DNA from: Chloroflexota bacterium
Lineage (GTDB): Bacteria > Chloroflexota > UBA6077
DNA: 64,000 nucleotides
Assembly (NCBI GenBank): GCA_027356795.1
Contig: DAHVXI010000045.1
Location: 4,303 to 68,302, forward strand
Direction of reading: 5' to 3'
Shown here in pieces: positions 18,829-29,000 of the stretch (positions are counted from its first letter, which is position 1; every line of letters begins with the position of its first letter). The notes beneath the pieces were generated by a model. That model was not told the origin of the DNA. It saw only the letters and a list, made by a program, of their open reading frames with translations, and searched no databases. Made by a program: the position numbers and the translations under genes.

Positions 18829-19002
18829 CAGCTCTTGCCCTCACGCTGATTACTGAGTGACGTGGAGACGGGGTGACATGGAGAAGGGGCGAAGGTGTCG
18901 CTTCTCCCCGTCTCCCACTCTCCCCGTCACACCGTCGTGGTTTGGCTGCCTCTGCTACACTATAGGATACCATTTGATCATCGATGTGACGGGAGAAGGG
19001 TC

Positions 19003-19239
19003 ATGGACATGCGGGACTTGGAGGCCGAAGTGCAGCGGCTCATCGGCTACGACTGCTTCGTCACCAGCGGGGTCGCCAACAAAGGGCCCTTCGTCAGCTT
19101 CAATGCCAGGCAGCGGCTGCTCCGGATCTGGATCCCCCGCCAGGGTGCCGATGCCAAGCGGATCGCGGAGATGGCCCGCTCCTACCTGTCGTCGCCTGAC
19201 GAGCCGGCCTACAAGGAGATCGACTACAAGGCGAAGTAG
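19003..19239 (+). CDS. Small hypothetical protein (78 aa)
   Basis: MDMRDLEAEVQRLIGYDCFVTSGVANKGPFVSFNARQRLLRIWIP... preceded by GGGAGAAGGG. No family recognised. Confidence 0.4.
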   Translation: MDMRDLEAEVQRLIGYDCFVTSGVANKGPFVSFNARQRLLRIWIPRQGADAKRIAEMARSYLSSPDEPAYKEIDYKAK

Positions 19240-19363
19240 GAGCCGGCTCCTCCCGGCGAGACCTGTTGATGGGCGGCCATTCTGGCGAACACGAGGTTCG
19301 CCCCTGCCGTCCCGTGACGGGCGCGGATTCCCGTCCCTACGTTCCCCAGCCGTGGAGGCCATT

Positions 19364-20545
19364 ATGGCTGCCGTTACGACCCTACTCTGCTCCAGCTGCC
19401 GGCGGAGCTTCCCGGCGACGGAGGCTATCTGGAGCTGTCCGACCTGCGGCTCCATGCTGGAGCTCCAGCCGGATCCTCACCTGCTCGGCCCTGAGGGGAG
19501 ATCCGAGCTGCTGAAGGCCGCGAAGGCCGGAGGCGGCGGGCGGGGCGTCTGGCGATATGCCTCCCTGATGCAGGTTGACGGCTCCGATCCGGTGACCCTC
19601 GGGGAGGGCGACACGCCGGTAGTGCCCCTCGGGGCCCTGGGGCGCCGGCTGGGGCTTGCCCGCCTTTACGCCAAGCTGGAGTACTTCGCCCCCACCGGCT
19701 CCTTCAAGGATCGAGGTGCCACCGCCACGGTGACCCAGGCCCGAGCCCTGGGGGTGACCCGCCTGGTGGAGGACTCGTCGGGCAACGCCGGGGCCTCCTT
19801 CGCCGCCTACTGCGCGGCTGCCGGCGTCGGGGCCAGCATCTACGTCCCCGCCTCGGCCCCGACCGCCAAGAAGGCCCAGATCGCGTTCTACGGTGCCGAG
19901 GTGGTGGCCGTGGAGGGGACTCGGGAGGCGGTTGCCGAGGCTGCACTGGAGCGGTGCCGCCGCGAGGAGGGCGCCTACTACGGCTCCCACAACTGGAACC
20001 CCTTCTTCCTGGAGGGGACCAAGACCTTCGCCTACGAGGTCGCCGCCCAGTTCGGTTTCGACCCGCCGGAGCAGCTGATAATGCCGGTGGGCAACGGGTC
20101 GCTCTTCCTGGGGGCCTGGAAGGGGTTCCGGGAGCTGCGGACCATGGGGCTGCTGGAGAGGCTCCCCAGGCTGAACGTCGCCCAGGCGACGGGGTGCATG
20201 CCCATCGTGGACGCCTCCATCCGGGGTCTCGATCGCACGGAGGGCATCCCCACCTACCCGACCGTCGCGGGCGGGATCTCGATCGCCCGGCCGAGCCGGG
20301 GCCACCTGATCCTGAAGGGCATGAGGGAGACCGGAGGGAGCGGCGCTGCGGTGACCGACCAGGAGATCCTGGATTACCAGCGGGCCCTGGCCTCACTGGA
20401 GGGGATCTTTTGCGAGCCAACCTCGGCCGCCGCCTTCGCCGCCCTGGCCCACCTGGTCCGGCAGGGCGCCATCGCGCCGGAGGAGAGGGTGCTGGTGGCC
20501 GTCACCGGCATGGGGCTGAAGGACACCAGCGTGTTGAGCGCTTAG
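19364..20545 (+). CDS. thrC: Threonine synthase (short, archaeal/Thermus-type)
   Basis: The PLP Lys is in TGSFKDRGA. An N-terminal Zn-ribbon-like CSSC..CPTC is present. The start at ATG 19364 is preceded by GGAGGCC. The 562-aa ORF from 18857 is an artefact of the open GC-rich frame. Confidence 0.85.
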   Translation: MAAVTTLLCSSCRRSFPATEAIWSCPTCGSMLELQPDPHLLGPEGRSELLKAAKAGGGGRGVWRYASLMQVDGSDPVTLGEGDTPVVPLGALGRRLGLARLYAKLEYFAPTGSFKDRGATATVTQARALGVTRLVEDSSGNAGASFAAYCAAAGVGASIYVPASAPTAKKAQIAFYGAEVVAVEGTREAVAEAALERCRREEGAYYGSHNWNPFFLEGTKTFAYEVAAQFGFDPPEQLIMPVGNGSLFLGAWKGFRELRTMGLLERLPRLNVAQATGCMPIVDASIRGLDRTEGIPTYPTVAGGISIARPSRGHLILKGMRETGGSGAAVTDQEILDYQRALASLEGIFCEPTSAAAFAALAHLVRQGAIAPEERVLVAVTGMGLKDTSVLSA

Positions 20546-20550
20546 AGTAG

Positions 20551-20571
20551 GGCGGGGCGCTCTGCCCCGCC
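20551..20571. terminator. GC-rich hairpin after thrC stop, between convergent genes
   Basis: ggcggggc-gctct-gccccgcc read directly, 6 nt after the TAG. Confidence 0.5.
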
Positions 20572-20651
20572 GCGTCGCGCGTTCATAGTGCCGGGTGGCA
20601 GGGCACAGGGCCCTGCCCTACATTGGGAGCGCGGGGCAGAGCCGCTGGCTC

Positions 20652-22022
20652 CTACACTGTTGTTAGATCGGCTGTCTTCTGCCATCGGGCTACCTCACCC
20701 AGCAACGTCTCTCCTGCCCCCCATCGGGCCACCATCTCCACCAGGTAGCCCACCGTCCAAGCCTGAACGCGGCAGGCGTGGGCCGGGCGCCCCCAGACGT
20801 CCAGGAACTCCGTGGAGGGCGCGTCCTCGCCCTCACGGTAGACGTACAACTCTGCCGGGCAGCCCAGCAGGGCCAGGGCCCTCAGCACCGCGGTGTTCAG
20901 GGCGACAGCCTCCCCTTCCATGCCGAGCCTGCGCAGGGCGGAGGCGGCTACCCAGTTGTCCCAGGGCCAGATGGAGCCCCGGTGGTAGCGGAGGGGCGCG
21001 TAGTTGGGCGAGGAGGAGCTGAGGGTCCGCAGGCCGAAGGGGGTCCGCAGGTCGGGCCCCAGCAGCCGCCGGGCAGCCCGACGGAAGCGGCGGGGGCGTA
21101 CCGGACCCAGCCACAGCCAGTGGAAGGCGTTGGAGGTGACGTCGGCCAGCGGGCGCTTCCGGGCATCCAGGGCCTGGGCGTAGCAGCCGGCCTTCGGCAG
21201 CCAGAAGCGCCGCTCGAAGCGGTCTGCCAGCCGCCGGGCCCAGGAGGATAGCTCGTCGGCGCCGGCCGGGTCCTCTTCTCGTCTCAGTGAGGCCTCTCCC
21301 ATCACCGCCCGATAGCAGTAGGCCTGCACCTCGGAGTAGGCCACCGGGTAGAGGGGCATGGAGCCGCCGACGGCCAGGAGGGAATCGCGGCTGTCCTTCC
21401 AGTTCTGGTTGATCAGCGATCTACGCTCCTGGTTTCGCTGTAGGAACTCCACCAGCCCGTCGCCGTCCAGGTCCCCTCGTTCCAGGATCCAGGCCAGAGT
21501 CCGGTCCCGGGCCCCCCTCAGCTCCTCCAGAAGGCCCCCCTCTCCACCTCTGCCGGCGGCGTACTCGTGCAGTGCCATCAGGAAGAGGGGCGTGGAGTCC
21601 ACGCTGGCGTAGTAGGCGCCGGGGAAGTCGCCCGACGCCCCGGGGTTGTACTCGTGGACGATCTTGCCCGGCTCCTCCTCCGTCCAGGGGTCATCCATCA
21701 CCCCCTGGAGGGCCGCCAGTGCCCGGAGGCTCCCCGCGATCGGAGGCAACAGGATATGCGCCAGGGAGGGATCCAGCCGGACGGCCGACAACAGCTGGAG
21801 GGAGGTGATCAGGGAGTCGCGACCGAAGAGCCGGCCGAAGGAGTCGGAGCGGGAGCTGGCCAGCAGGAAGTCACCGGACGCTACCTCGGCGAGGCCCTCG
21901 GCGGCCATACGAACGGCGACCTCCAACTCGTGGGCAGTTGGCCGACGGGGGGTGCCCTTCGAAGATGTAGTGGCCGGCGTCTCTGCCGGCCCTTCGGTGC
22001 ACTGCATGCAATCAACCCTCAC
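20652..22022 (-). CDS. Glycogen-debranching-enzyme-like / (alpha/alpha)6-barrel glycoside hydrolase (GDE_C family)
   Basis: 456 aa. FGRDSLITSLQ, ...SIWPWDNW... and the acidic residues are typical of amylo-alpha-1,6-glucosidase-like or GH63-like hydrolases. Confidence 0.6.
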   Translation of the reverse strand: MRVDCMQCTEGPAETPATTSSKGTPRRPTAHELEVAVRMAAEGLAEVASGDFLLASSRSDSFGRLFGRDSLITSLQLLSAVRLDPSLAHILLPPIAGSLRALAALQGVMDDPWTEEEPGKIVHEYNPGASGDFPGAYYASVDSTPLFLMALHEYAAGRGGEGGLLEELRGARDRTLAWILERGDLDGDGLVEFLQRNQERRSLINQNWKDSRDSLLAVGGSMPLYPVAYSEVQAYCYRAVMGEASLRREEDPAGADELSSWARRLADRFERRFWLPKAGCYAQALDARKRPLADVTSNAFHWLWLGPVRPRRFRRAARRLLGPDLRTPFGLRTLSSSSPNYAPLRYHRGSIWPWDNWVAASALRRLGMEGEAVALNTAVLRALALLGCPAELYVYREGEDAPSTEFLDVWGRPAHACRVQAWTVGYLVEMVARWGAGETLLGEVARWQKTADLTTV

Positions 22023-22027
22023 CCCGA

Positions 22028-22048
22028 CCCTCTCCCTCTGGGAGAGGG
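22028..22048. repeat. REP-like palindrome CCCTCTCCC-tctg-GGGAGAGGG (same family as 847-942)
   Basis: The sequence exactly matches the element at 847-867 and lies in the spacer between two glycosidase genes. Confidence 0.7.
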
Positions 22049-22153
22049 AATCGCCTCCTCACCCCGTGGCGCGAGTAATTCCGTAGCCGCCCTGCGCCAG
22101 GCGTGCGGCCAGCGGCGGGGGATAAACCCCCGCCCTACGGAAGAACGACGCAG

Positions 22154-24763
22154 TTAGCGATGTCTCAGACGGAAGCTGGCGATGCGACCGCCCTCCAGCA
22201 GCCCGGGAGTGGGATCCGCCTCCGGCTCCTCGTCCAGCCGGCAGGGCTCCACGGAGTAATCCCCCAGGATCGCCACGGACCCGACCCGACCGCCGGGGTT
22301 GTAGACCCGGAGGATGGAGTCTTCGCCCTCCTCGGCGCCCTTCAGCGCCGCCAGGCAGAAGCTCTCCCCCTCCAGCTGCAGGGGCATCCTGGCCGGCAGC
22401 CCGGCCGGCCCGGCCACCAGGCCAAACCGGTAGTCGTGGGACCTACGCACCAACTCGACCTCTTCGAGCCCCTCGACCAGCGCCAGGGCGTACTCGAAGC
22501 GGTGGACGCCGGGGCATTGAGCCTCGGGGGTGGCGAGATGGGGCCCGGCGCCGCCGGGGCGGGTGGAGAGGTCGTCTCGGGACAGCCACCCTACGCAGCG
22601 GAGCAGGGTCAGGGCGATCTCCGTCCCCTGGGCGGTGGGGCGTGCCTCGTACTCCGGCAGCCCTCGTCCGAAGAGGGCCACGCCTCCCAACTCCACGGCC
22701 CCCAGGGTGTGGTGGGTGGCCGCCGGGGGTTCTTTCCAGTCGGGCCCGTGGACGGGAGCTCCCACCGGCCGGTGCAGCAGGGCGTAATGGCCTTCGGCCC
22801 GCACCTCCGTCGCCGGCGCCGCCGGGAACACCACCCGCAGCCGGTGGTCCTCGGCCCGGTTCTCCACGGTGGTGACGAACTCCACCCGCTCCACGCCGGC
22901 CACCAGCCGGATCTCGACCCGGATCGGGCAGGCCGCGGTGGAGCGCCGCCGCGCTCGGCGGTCGGCCCTCAGTCCGTGCGGGAGGCGCGCCTCCATCTCC
23001 AGCAGCAGGGATGCCGCGGCCGGGCCGCGCAGGCCGGGCCGCACCCGCACCCTGTGCTGCCGGCTATCCCAGGGGCCGTCGCCCTCCACGGGACAGAAGT
23101 TGTACTCGTCGCCCCGATCCGCCACGTCCTCGAACCAGTGGCCGCCGGTGAGCTTCCTTCCGCTGGCCTTGTGGATCACTTCCAGGGTGCCATCGGCCTG
23201 AACGGCAACCCGGTAGTGCTCGTTCTCTATGGCCCTGTATCCCGCCTGGTGCGCCCCCTCCCTCTGGGAGCGCCCGGAGCGAAGCCGGATGGCGGTTGCC
23301 CCGAAGCCCTCTGCCTGGGCTGCCACCAGGGCCACCGGCCCGTTGGGCTCGCGCACCACCTGGGCCGGCAGCTCGCCCGCGGGTCCCTCGGCCCGCACCG
23401 TCCTGGCGTGGGCCAGCTCGTTGGGGAGCGGCAGCTCCACCAGCCCGGCCCGCCGCCAGGGCATGAGGTTCACCGCGGTGCGGTTCACGTTGGGGCGCTC
23501 ACGGTAGGACCAGATGGCCTCGCCGCCGGCCAGCTTCCAGAGGGCTTCCCGCCGCAGCCGCAGAGCCAGCTGCTCCGCGGCGTCGAATCGCCACGCCATA
23601 TCCCGGTGGACCTCGTCGACGGAGCAGCCACAGATGGAGTCGTGGGGATGGTTGAGCAGCAGATGCTGCCAGGCCATCCGCAGGTCCTCCGTCGGATAGG
23701 GTGCATCCGCCACCAGGTGAGCCAGGGAGGCGGCTATCTCGGCTTCGGCCAGAGCCCGCTCCACCGCCTCGTTCCGCTGCTTCAGCGGCATTCGGGCGGA
23801 GTTCACCCCGCGCAGAACCGGCGCATCCTTCCCCTCGCACATCTCCCCCTCGTAGATCTCCAGGTAGGGGAGCCGATCGCGGATCTCGGCGACGTAGTCG
23901 TCCAGACCGGCGATGCGGAACTCGGCCTCGGGCCAGGCGAGGCCGGCGGCCGCGAGGAGCGAGGGCAGGTCGGTCTGTACCAACTGGTGGTCGGTGCCGT
24001 TGCCCGCCAGCAGATCGATCACCCCCGAGCGCTCCAGGTAGGGGGCCGCGATGTCGCGCAGCTCCTTCAGCCGGCGGAGTGCCATCTCCGGGTACTGGGC
24101 GGGATCGGTGGCTCGAACCCCGTTCCGGGTCCAGCGACCCAGGTTGTCGACGGCGCCGTAGCCATCGATTTGCCGGATCGCCAGCAGCTCGCTGCCGTCG
24201 GGGCCCCGCCATCGGAAGGCCACCCCCAGCCGATCGGAGTCGTCGCCCAACCCCCGCCAGAAGACGAAGCTGTCCATGCCGAATCCACGCACTATCTGGG
24301 GCATCTGGGCCACGTGGCCGAAGGTATCGGGGTAGTAGGCCACCGGGGTCTCCCTCCCGAACTGGCGGCACAGCTGCCGGCCCAGGAGGAGGTTGCGGAC
24401 CAGCGACTCCTGGCCCACCAGGTACTCGTCGGGGAGGATGTAGGAGGGGCCGATGCGAATGCGTCCCTGCTGTATCAGGCGGGCGATCCTGTCTCTGGAT
24501 TCGGGGCGGGCGGCCAGGTAGTCCTCCAACACCACCGCCTGTCCGTCCAGAGTGAAGGAAGAGAAAGAGGGATCGGCCTCCAGGGTGTCCATCAGCTCGT
24601 CGACCATGCGCACCAGCTTCAGCCGGATGACCTGGAAGGGGATGAACCACTCCCGGTCCCAGTGGGTGTGCGGGACTACCCAGAAGCGGGTTTCCGGTGC
24701 GGGCTGAGCGAGGCGAAGCTCTGCCTCCCCCTCGCCACGAACAGCTGTCGTCGGCCTATCCAT
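22154..24763 (-). CDS. Glycoside hydrolase family 38 alpha-mannosidase
   Basis: FWVVPHTHWDREWF (the GH38 N-terminal signature), YYPDTFGH and HPHDSICG. The start is taken at the internal ATG at 24763, with GAGGGA 7 nt upstream. The longer ORF to 24925 adds a non-homologous 54 aa. Confidence 0.85.
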   Translation of the reverse strand: MDRPTTAVRGEGEAELRLAQPAPETRFWVVPHTHWDREWFIPFQVIRLKLVRMVDELMDTLEADPSFSSFTLDGQAVVLEDYLAARPESRDRIARLIQQGRIRIGPSYILPDEYLVGQESLVRNLLLGRQLCRQFGRETPVAYYPDTFGHVAQMPQIVRGFGMDSFVFWRGLGDDSDRLGVAFRWRGPDGSELLAIRQIDGYGAVDNLGRWTRNGVRATDPAQYPEMALRRLKELRDIAAPYLERSGVIDLLAGNGTDHQLVQTDLPSLLAAAGLAWPEAEFRIAGLDDYVAEIRDRLPYLEIYEGEMCEGKDAPVLRGVNSARMPLKQRNEAVERALAEAEIAASLAHLVADAPYPTEDLRMAWQHLLLNHPHDSICGCSVDEVHRDMAWRFDAAEQLALRLRREALWKLAGGEAIWSYRERPNVNRTAVNLMPWRRAGLVELPLPNELAHARTVRAEGPAGELPAQVVREPNGPVALVAAQAEGFGATAIRLRSGRSQREGAHQAGYRAIENEHYRVAVQADGTLEVIHKASGRKLTGGHWFEDVADRGDEYNFCPVEGDGPWDSRQHRVRVRPGLRGPAAASLLLEMEARLPHGLRADRRARRRSTAACPIRVEIRLVAGVERVEFVTTVENRAEDHRLRVVFPAAPATEVRAEGHYALLHRPVGAPVHGPDWKEPPAATHHTLGAVELGGVALFGRGLPEYEARPTAQGTEIALTLLRCVGWLSRDDLSTRPGGAGPHLATPEAQCPGVHRFEYALALVEGLEEVELVRRSHDYRFGLVAGPAGLPARMPLQLEGESFCLAALKGAEEGEDSILRVYNPGGRVGSVAILGDYSVEPCRLDEEPEADPTPGLLEGGRIASFRLRHR

Positions 24764-25016
24764 GTAATGTTCCCTCGATTCAGAGCACGAAACCACGCGT
24801 GCTACCGCCACATCACGCAAGGTTTGCGGATGGCGAAGCGGCAGCCCGAGTGGCGTGGGAGAAGCAGCGCATGAGCGGCTAGCCAGCGCTAACGCCAGCA
24901 TACCAGCTGTACATAAGGGGGTCAAGGTCTATAGAAGAAGCGGGAATCAGGACCCCCTCCCCGTTTTCGGAGAGGGGGTAAGGGGGAGAGGTCTGCTGGG
25001 CGCGTACGATACGCCC

Positions 25017-25823
25017 CTACTTGAAGCCAAAGAGCCTGGCCAAAGCGCCCGGCTTGGCCTCCTCGGCCTCCTTGGTCTCCCAAGGCTCCTTGGGGGGAGG
25101 TGGCGTGAATTCCGCTTCTACCACGTCGACCAACCCGCCCTTGATCAGACGGTAGGCTACCTGGCGCACCGCGAATTCATCCAGCCCCAGTCGGTGGGCG
25201 ACCTCCTTGAGGGGGATGCTGCCGGCGAGGCTGGCGACCATCCGCCACTCCTCCAGGCTGAGGCAGATCTCCTTCAGCTGCTGCCTCGGCTCGGGCAGTA
25301 GCCGGAGAGGCTGTTCCAGGCTGGGTATGTAGGAGGTGAGGAGCTGCCATTCCTCCAGGTAGCCGCGTCCCTTTTCCAGGACGGGACCCAGCTCGGTGGT
25401 GGCCAGGATGTCTTCCTCGGCCGGTGAGGCATCCACGTCGAACCGGAAGCTCCCCTCGGGCCAGGTCAGCAGGGAGTAGAGGTCGGCCAGCGCTTTCTCA
25501 CGAACGAACTCCACTATCTGCTCTCGGGAAAGCCGCCCCTGATCCTCCAGGAGGAGGCCCACCGCCTGCTCCGATGGCGGCGTCTCGGAGCTGATCAGCT
25601 CGTACTGCTCTTTGTCGATCCGTCCCGCTCGATACAGAAGGGTTGCCAGGCCCTCGGAGCGAGACTCGGGCGGTCTGACCTTGGTCATCTGCCCGTTGTC
25701 GAAGTAGATGGTCGCGCTTTCGCCGGCCCGTTGCAGGGTCAGCGCGCCGGTCTTGTGGGTCACCTGGACCAGGGTAAGAAGCTGGAGAAGGCCGAAATCC
25801 TTGAGGTCTCCGCTCAGTGCCAC
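25017..25823 (-). CDS. DUF4388 domain protein
   Basis: ALSGDLKDFGLLQLLTLVQVTHKTGALTL is the DUF4388 signature. The start is moved to the GTG at 25823, because the ORF-track start at 25871 would leave only 6 bp to the divergent kinase gene. Confidence 0.6.
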   Translation of the reverse strand: MALSGDLKDFGLLQLLTLVQVTHKTGALTLQRAGESATIYFDNGQMTKVRPPESRSEGLATLLYRAGRIDKEQYELISSETPPSEQAVGLLLEDQGRLSREQIVEFVREKALADLYSLLTWPEGSFRFDVDASPAEEDILATTELGPVLEKGRGYLEEWQLLTSYIPSLEQPLRLLPEPRQQLKEICLSLEEWRMVASLAGSIPLKEVAHRLGLDEFAVRQVAYRLIKGGLVDVVEAEFTPPPPKEPWETKEAEEAKPGALARLFGFK

Positions 25824-26000
25824 TGCTCCCCATAACCTCCGAGCCTGTAGGGTGGGCCGAGCCGAGGGCATTATACTATGGAACTTCCCCTGGTCAAGCG
25901 ACAGACCTATTCAAAGGCCAGATTGTGCCGTACTATTTGGAATAGCAGCGATGTACAGGGCTGCATCTCCTGCCTCGCGAATCTCTGCCGCTCGGCTCCT

Positions 26001-29000
26001 ATGGAGGATGCTCTGGTGGGTCTACGACGAATCCGGGCACAGGCGTCTCCTGGCAACGGCAAGGTCAGGCGGCCGCCGAAGAGAAGTGCCAGAGAGACGC
26101 TGATGGTGTCGGTAGCCTGGGTGGCTGCTACCCTCAACTCGGAGCACGATCCGGAGAAGGCGCTGGAGCTGATCTGTCGTGAAGCCCTTACCCTCTTCGC
26201 TGCCCACACGACGATCCTCTGGGAACCCCAGGATGACCAGCTGGTGGCGACGAACGCCCAGGGGGTTCTTAGCCAGCAGATCCAAGGTTACCGCATCCCC
26301 ATCGACGATCCCGATACCTTTGCCTGCCGCTGTTTCCGGGAGCAGGCGCCGATCCTCGAAAACGAGCTGTTGGGGGGGAGAGAGGGGAACCGGGTGATGG
26401 CGCAGATGGCGCCCGCGGTGGCGGTACTGTGCGTCCCACTGATCCATCGGGATGAGGTTCTGGGGGTGCTGGGGCTGCGGGATTGCGAGGATCCCTACCG
26501 CTACACCGAGGCCGACCTGGAGGCAGCCTCACTCTTCGCGGATCTGGCAGCGGTGGCCGTCGCCAACGCCCGACTCCAGGAGGAGGCCGAGAAGCGGGCG
26601 CGAGAGGCAGCCGTGCTCAACAGGATCGGCCAGATCGTTGCTTCCGGCCGGGACCTGGCGGAGACCTCGGAGGCTTTTGCCCGAGAGCTGCGCAACCTGC
26701 TGTTCTTCCACCGGGTGGCCATCGCGGTGCTGGAGGGCGACGAGCAGTACAGGGTGTTCCTGGCCACCGGGATGGATGCTAGCGAGTTCCGCCCGGGCGC
26801 GGTCGGGGCGCTGGCCGGCTCCGGCGTGGAATGGGTGGTCAGATGCAGGCAGCCCCACGTGATCTACGATCTGGAGCTGGAGCAGGCCTTCCCCTCGGAT
26901 CGCGCCTATGCCGCCGCCCGCATGCGCTCCGTAGTCCGGGTGCCGCTGATCGAGAGGGGAGAGGCTCTCGGCGCCCTCACCCTGGTCTCGGCATCGCCGG
27001 GCGCCTATGGGACGCGAGAGGTCGGGCTGCTGGAACAGGTGGCGGGACAGATCGCCGGGGTGTTCGCCAATGCTCAGATGGTCGAGGTCGAACGGGGCCT
27101 GGTGGCCCGGCTTTCCTCCCTTCATCGGGTGACCGACGCGGCGCTATCTACCCTCGACCTGGACAGCCTGCTGGATTCCCTCCTGGAGCGATGCATCGAG
27201 ATCGTGGGGGCAGACAGCGGGATCATCCTGCTGCTGGACGAGACCGGCGAGGAGCTCACCGTTCGGGGCGCTCGATGGATGCCGGAGGAGGGGCCCTGGG
27301 AGATCCGGCGCAGGCTGGGGCAGGGGATTTCGGGCAAGGTGGCCCTGCAGGGGGTGCCCCGTCTCATCCTCGAGGTGGACGAGGAGGATCCCGCGGACGT
27401 GGTCGTCACCCAGCGGAGGGGCATCCACTCGGTGCTGGCGGTGCCGCTGAAAGCCCGAGGGAAGACCATCGGCGTCTTCCGTCTGGAGAGCCGCCGGCCC
27501 GCTCACTTTCACCAGGATCAGATGCGGTTGATGGAGGTGGCGGCCGAGAGAATGGCCCTGGCCATCGACAACGCTCGTCTCCTCCAGGAGGCTCGCGAGC
27601 GGGCCACCCACGAGACCCTGATCCACCACATCGCCTCGGCCATAGGCTCTTCTCTCGACCTCAATCAAGTCATGGACAGGGCCGTGCAGGAGCTGTTGCA
27701 CGCGACTGAGGCTTCGCGGTGCCTGGTGGTCCTGAGCGACGTTAAGAACGAGATTGTCCAGTGGCAATGGGAGGCCTGTGCTCCCGAAGTTGCCCCCTCG
27801 GCGTCGGTGCAGATCCCCTGGGGGAATATGCCTGTGCGGGCGATGCTGATGCGGTCGGGGCCCGCGGCTATCAACGATATGGAGAGCTTCCCGCTCGTTG
27901 AGGACATGCGGAAGGTAATGGATGAGCTGGGTGTGAGATCCCTGCTGGTCGCTCCCCTGCTGCGAGGAGACGAGCCGGTCGGGATGGTGATGCTCCAGCA
28001 AACCGACCGGCCCCGCCAGTGGACCCGGTGGGAATCGGAGCTGGTCCGATCGGTTGCAGCGCAGCTGGTGGTGGCGGTGCAGAACGCCCGTCTCTACGGC
28101 GAGACCGACGAGAGGATGAGGGCCCGTGTGCGGGAGCTGGGGAGCCTCCTCCGGCTCGGTAAGGCGGTGAGCGAGCAGCTCAGCCTGGACGTGGTGATGG
28201 AGCGGGCCGTGGAGGAGGGTGTCAGGGCGCTCAACGCCGACCGCTGCACCCTGACCACCATGGACTGGGGACGGCGGGTCCTGACGGTGAGGGCCGTCTC
28301 CCACCGAACCGGTGACGTTGGAAACGGGGTTGGGATAGAGCTGCGTCTGTCCGATTTTCCCCACTCGGCGAGGGCCATGGCCAACCGTGAGACTACCGTT
28401 CTCACCGTGGGCCACGACACGGTGTCGCGAGCAGAAGAGGCGCTGCTTCGGAGCCTGGACATGGTGACGGCCATCGTGGTGCCCCTGGTTGTCGGTGATC
28501 GGGCCATCGGCACGGCCTTCTCCGGGCGAAAAGGGGACAAGCCCGCCTTCTCCGAGGACGAGGTGGCGCTGGCTCGGGCCATGGCAGGACAGGTTGCGGT
28601 GGCCATGGAGAACGCCCGATTATTCCAGGAGGTGCAGGCCCAGAAGGCCCGAACGGATGCGCTGCTGGCCTCCATGAGTGAAGGAGTCTGCGCCACCGAC
28701 GGGGACAAGCTCATCACTGCCGTTAACCCCTGGTTGGAGGCGATGGTGGGGCGCCGGGCCGAGGATATGGTGGGTAAGCGGTGCCGGGACCTGCTGCGGC
28801 ATACCGACGAGGAGGGCAACTCCCTGTGCCAGACCGCCTGTCCACTCCGGGAGGCGTTGGGCCAAGGAAAACCGACGGACCCGACCCTGATGTTCGCCCA
28901 GACAGCCTGGGGCGATTGGATTCCCACCATGGTGAGTGTGGCCCCCATCCGCAACGAGTTGATGGAGATCATCGGCGCCGTCTCGGTCTCCCGCGACGTC

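Noticed and set aside
22103-24874. 923-aa plus-strand ORF mirroring the GH38 mannosidase gene
   Set aside because: The same length as the opposite-strand gene because stop codons are rare in the GC-rich antisense frame. It has no domain signatures, whereas the minus strand has GH38 motifs.
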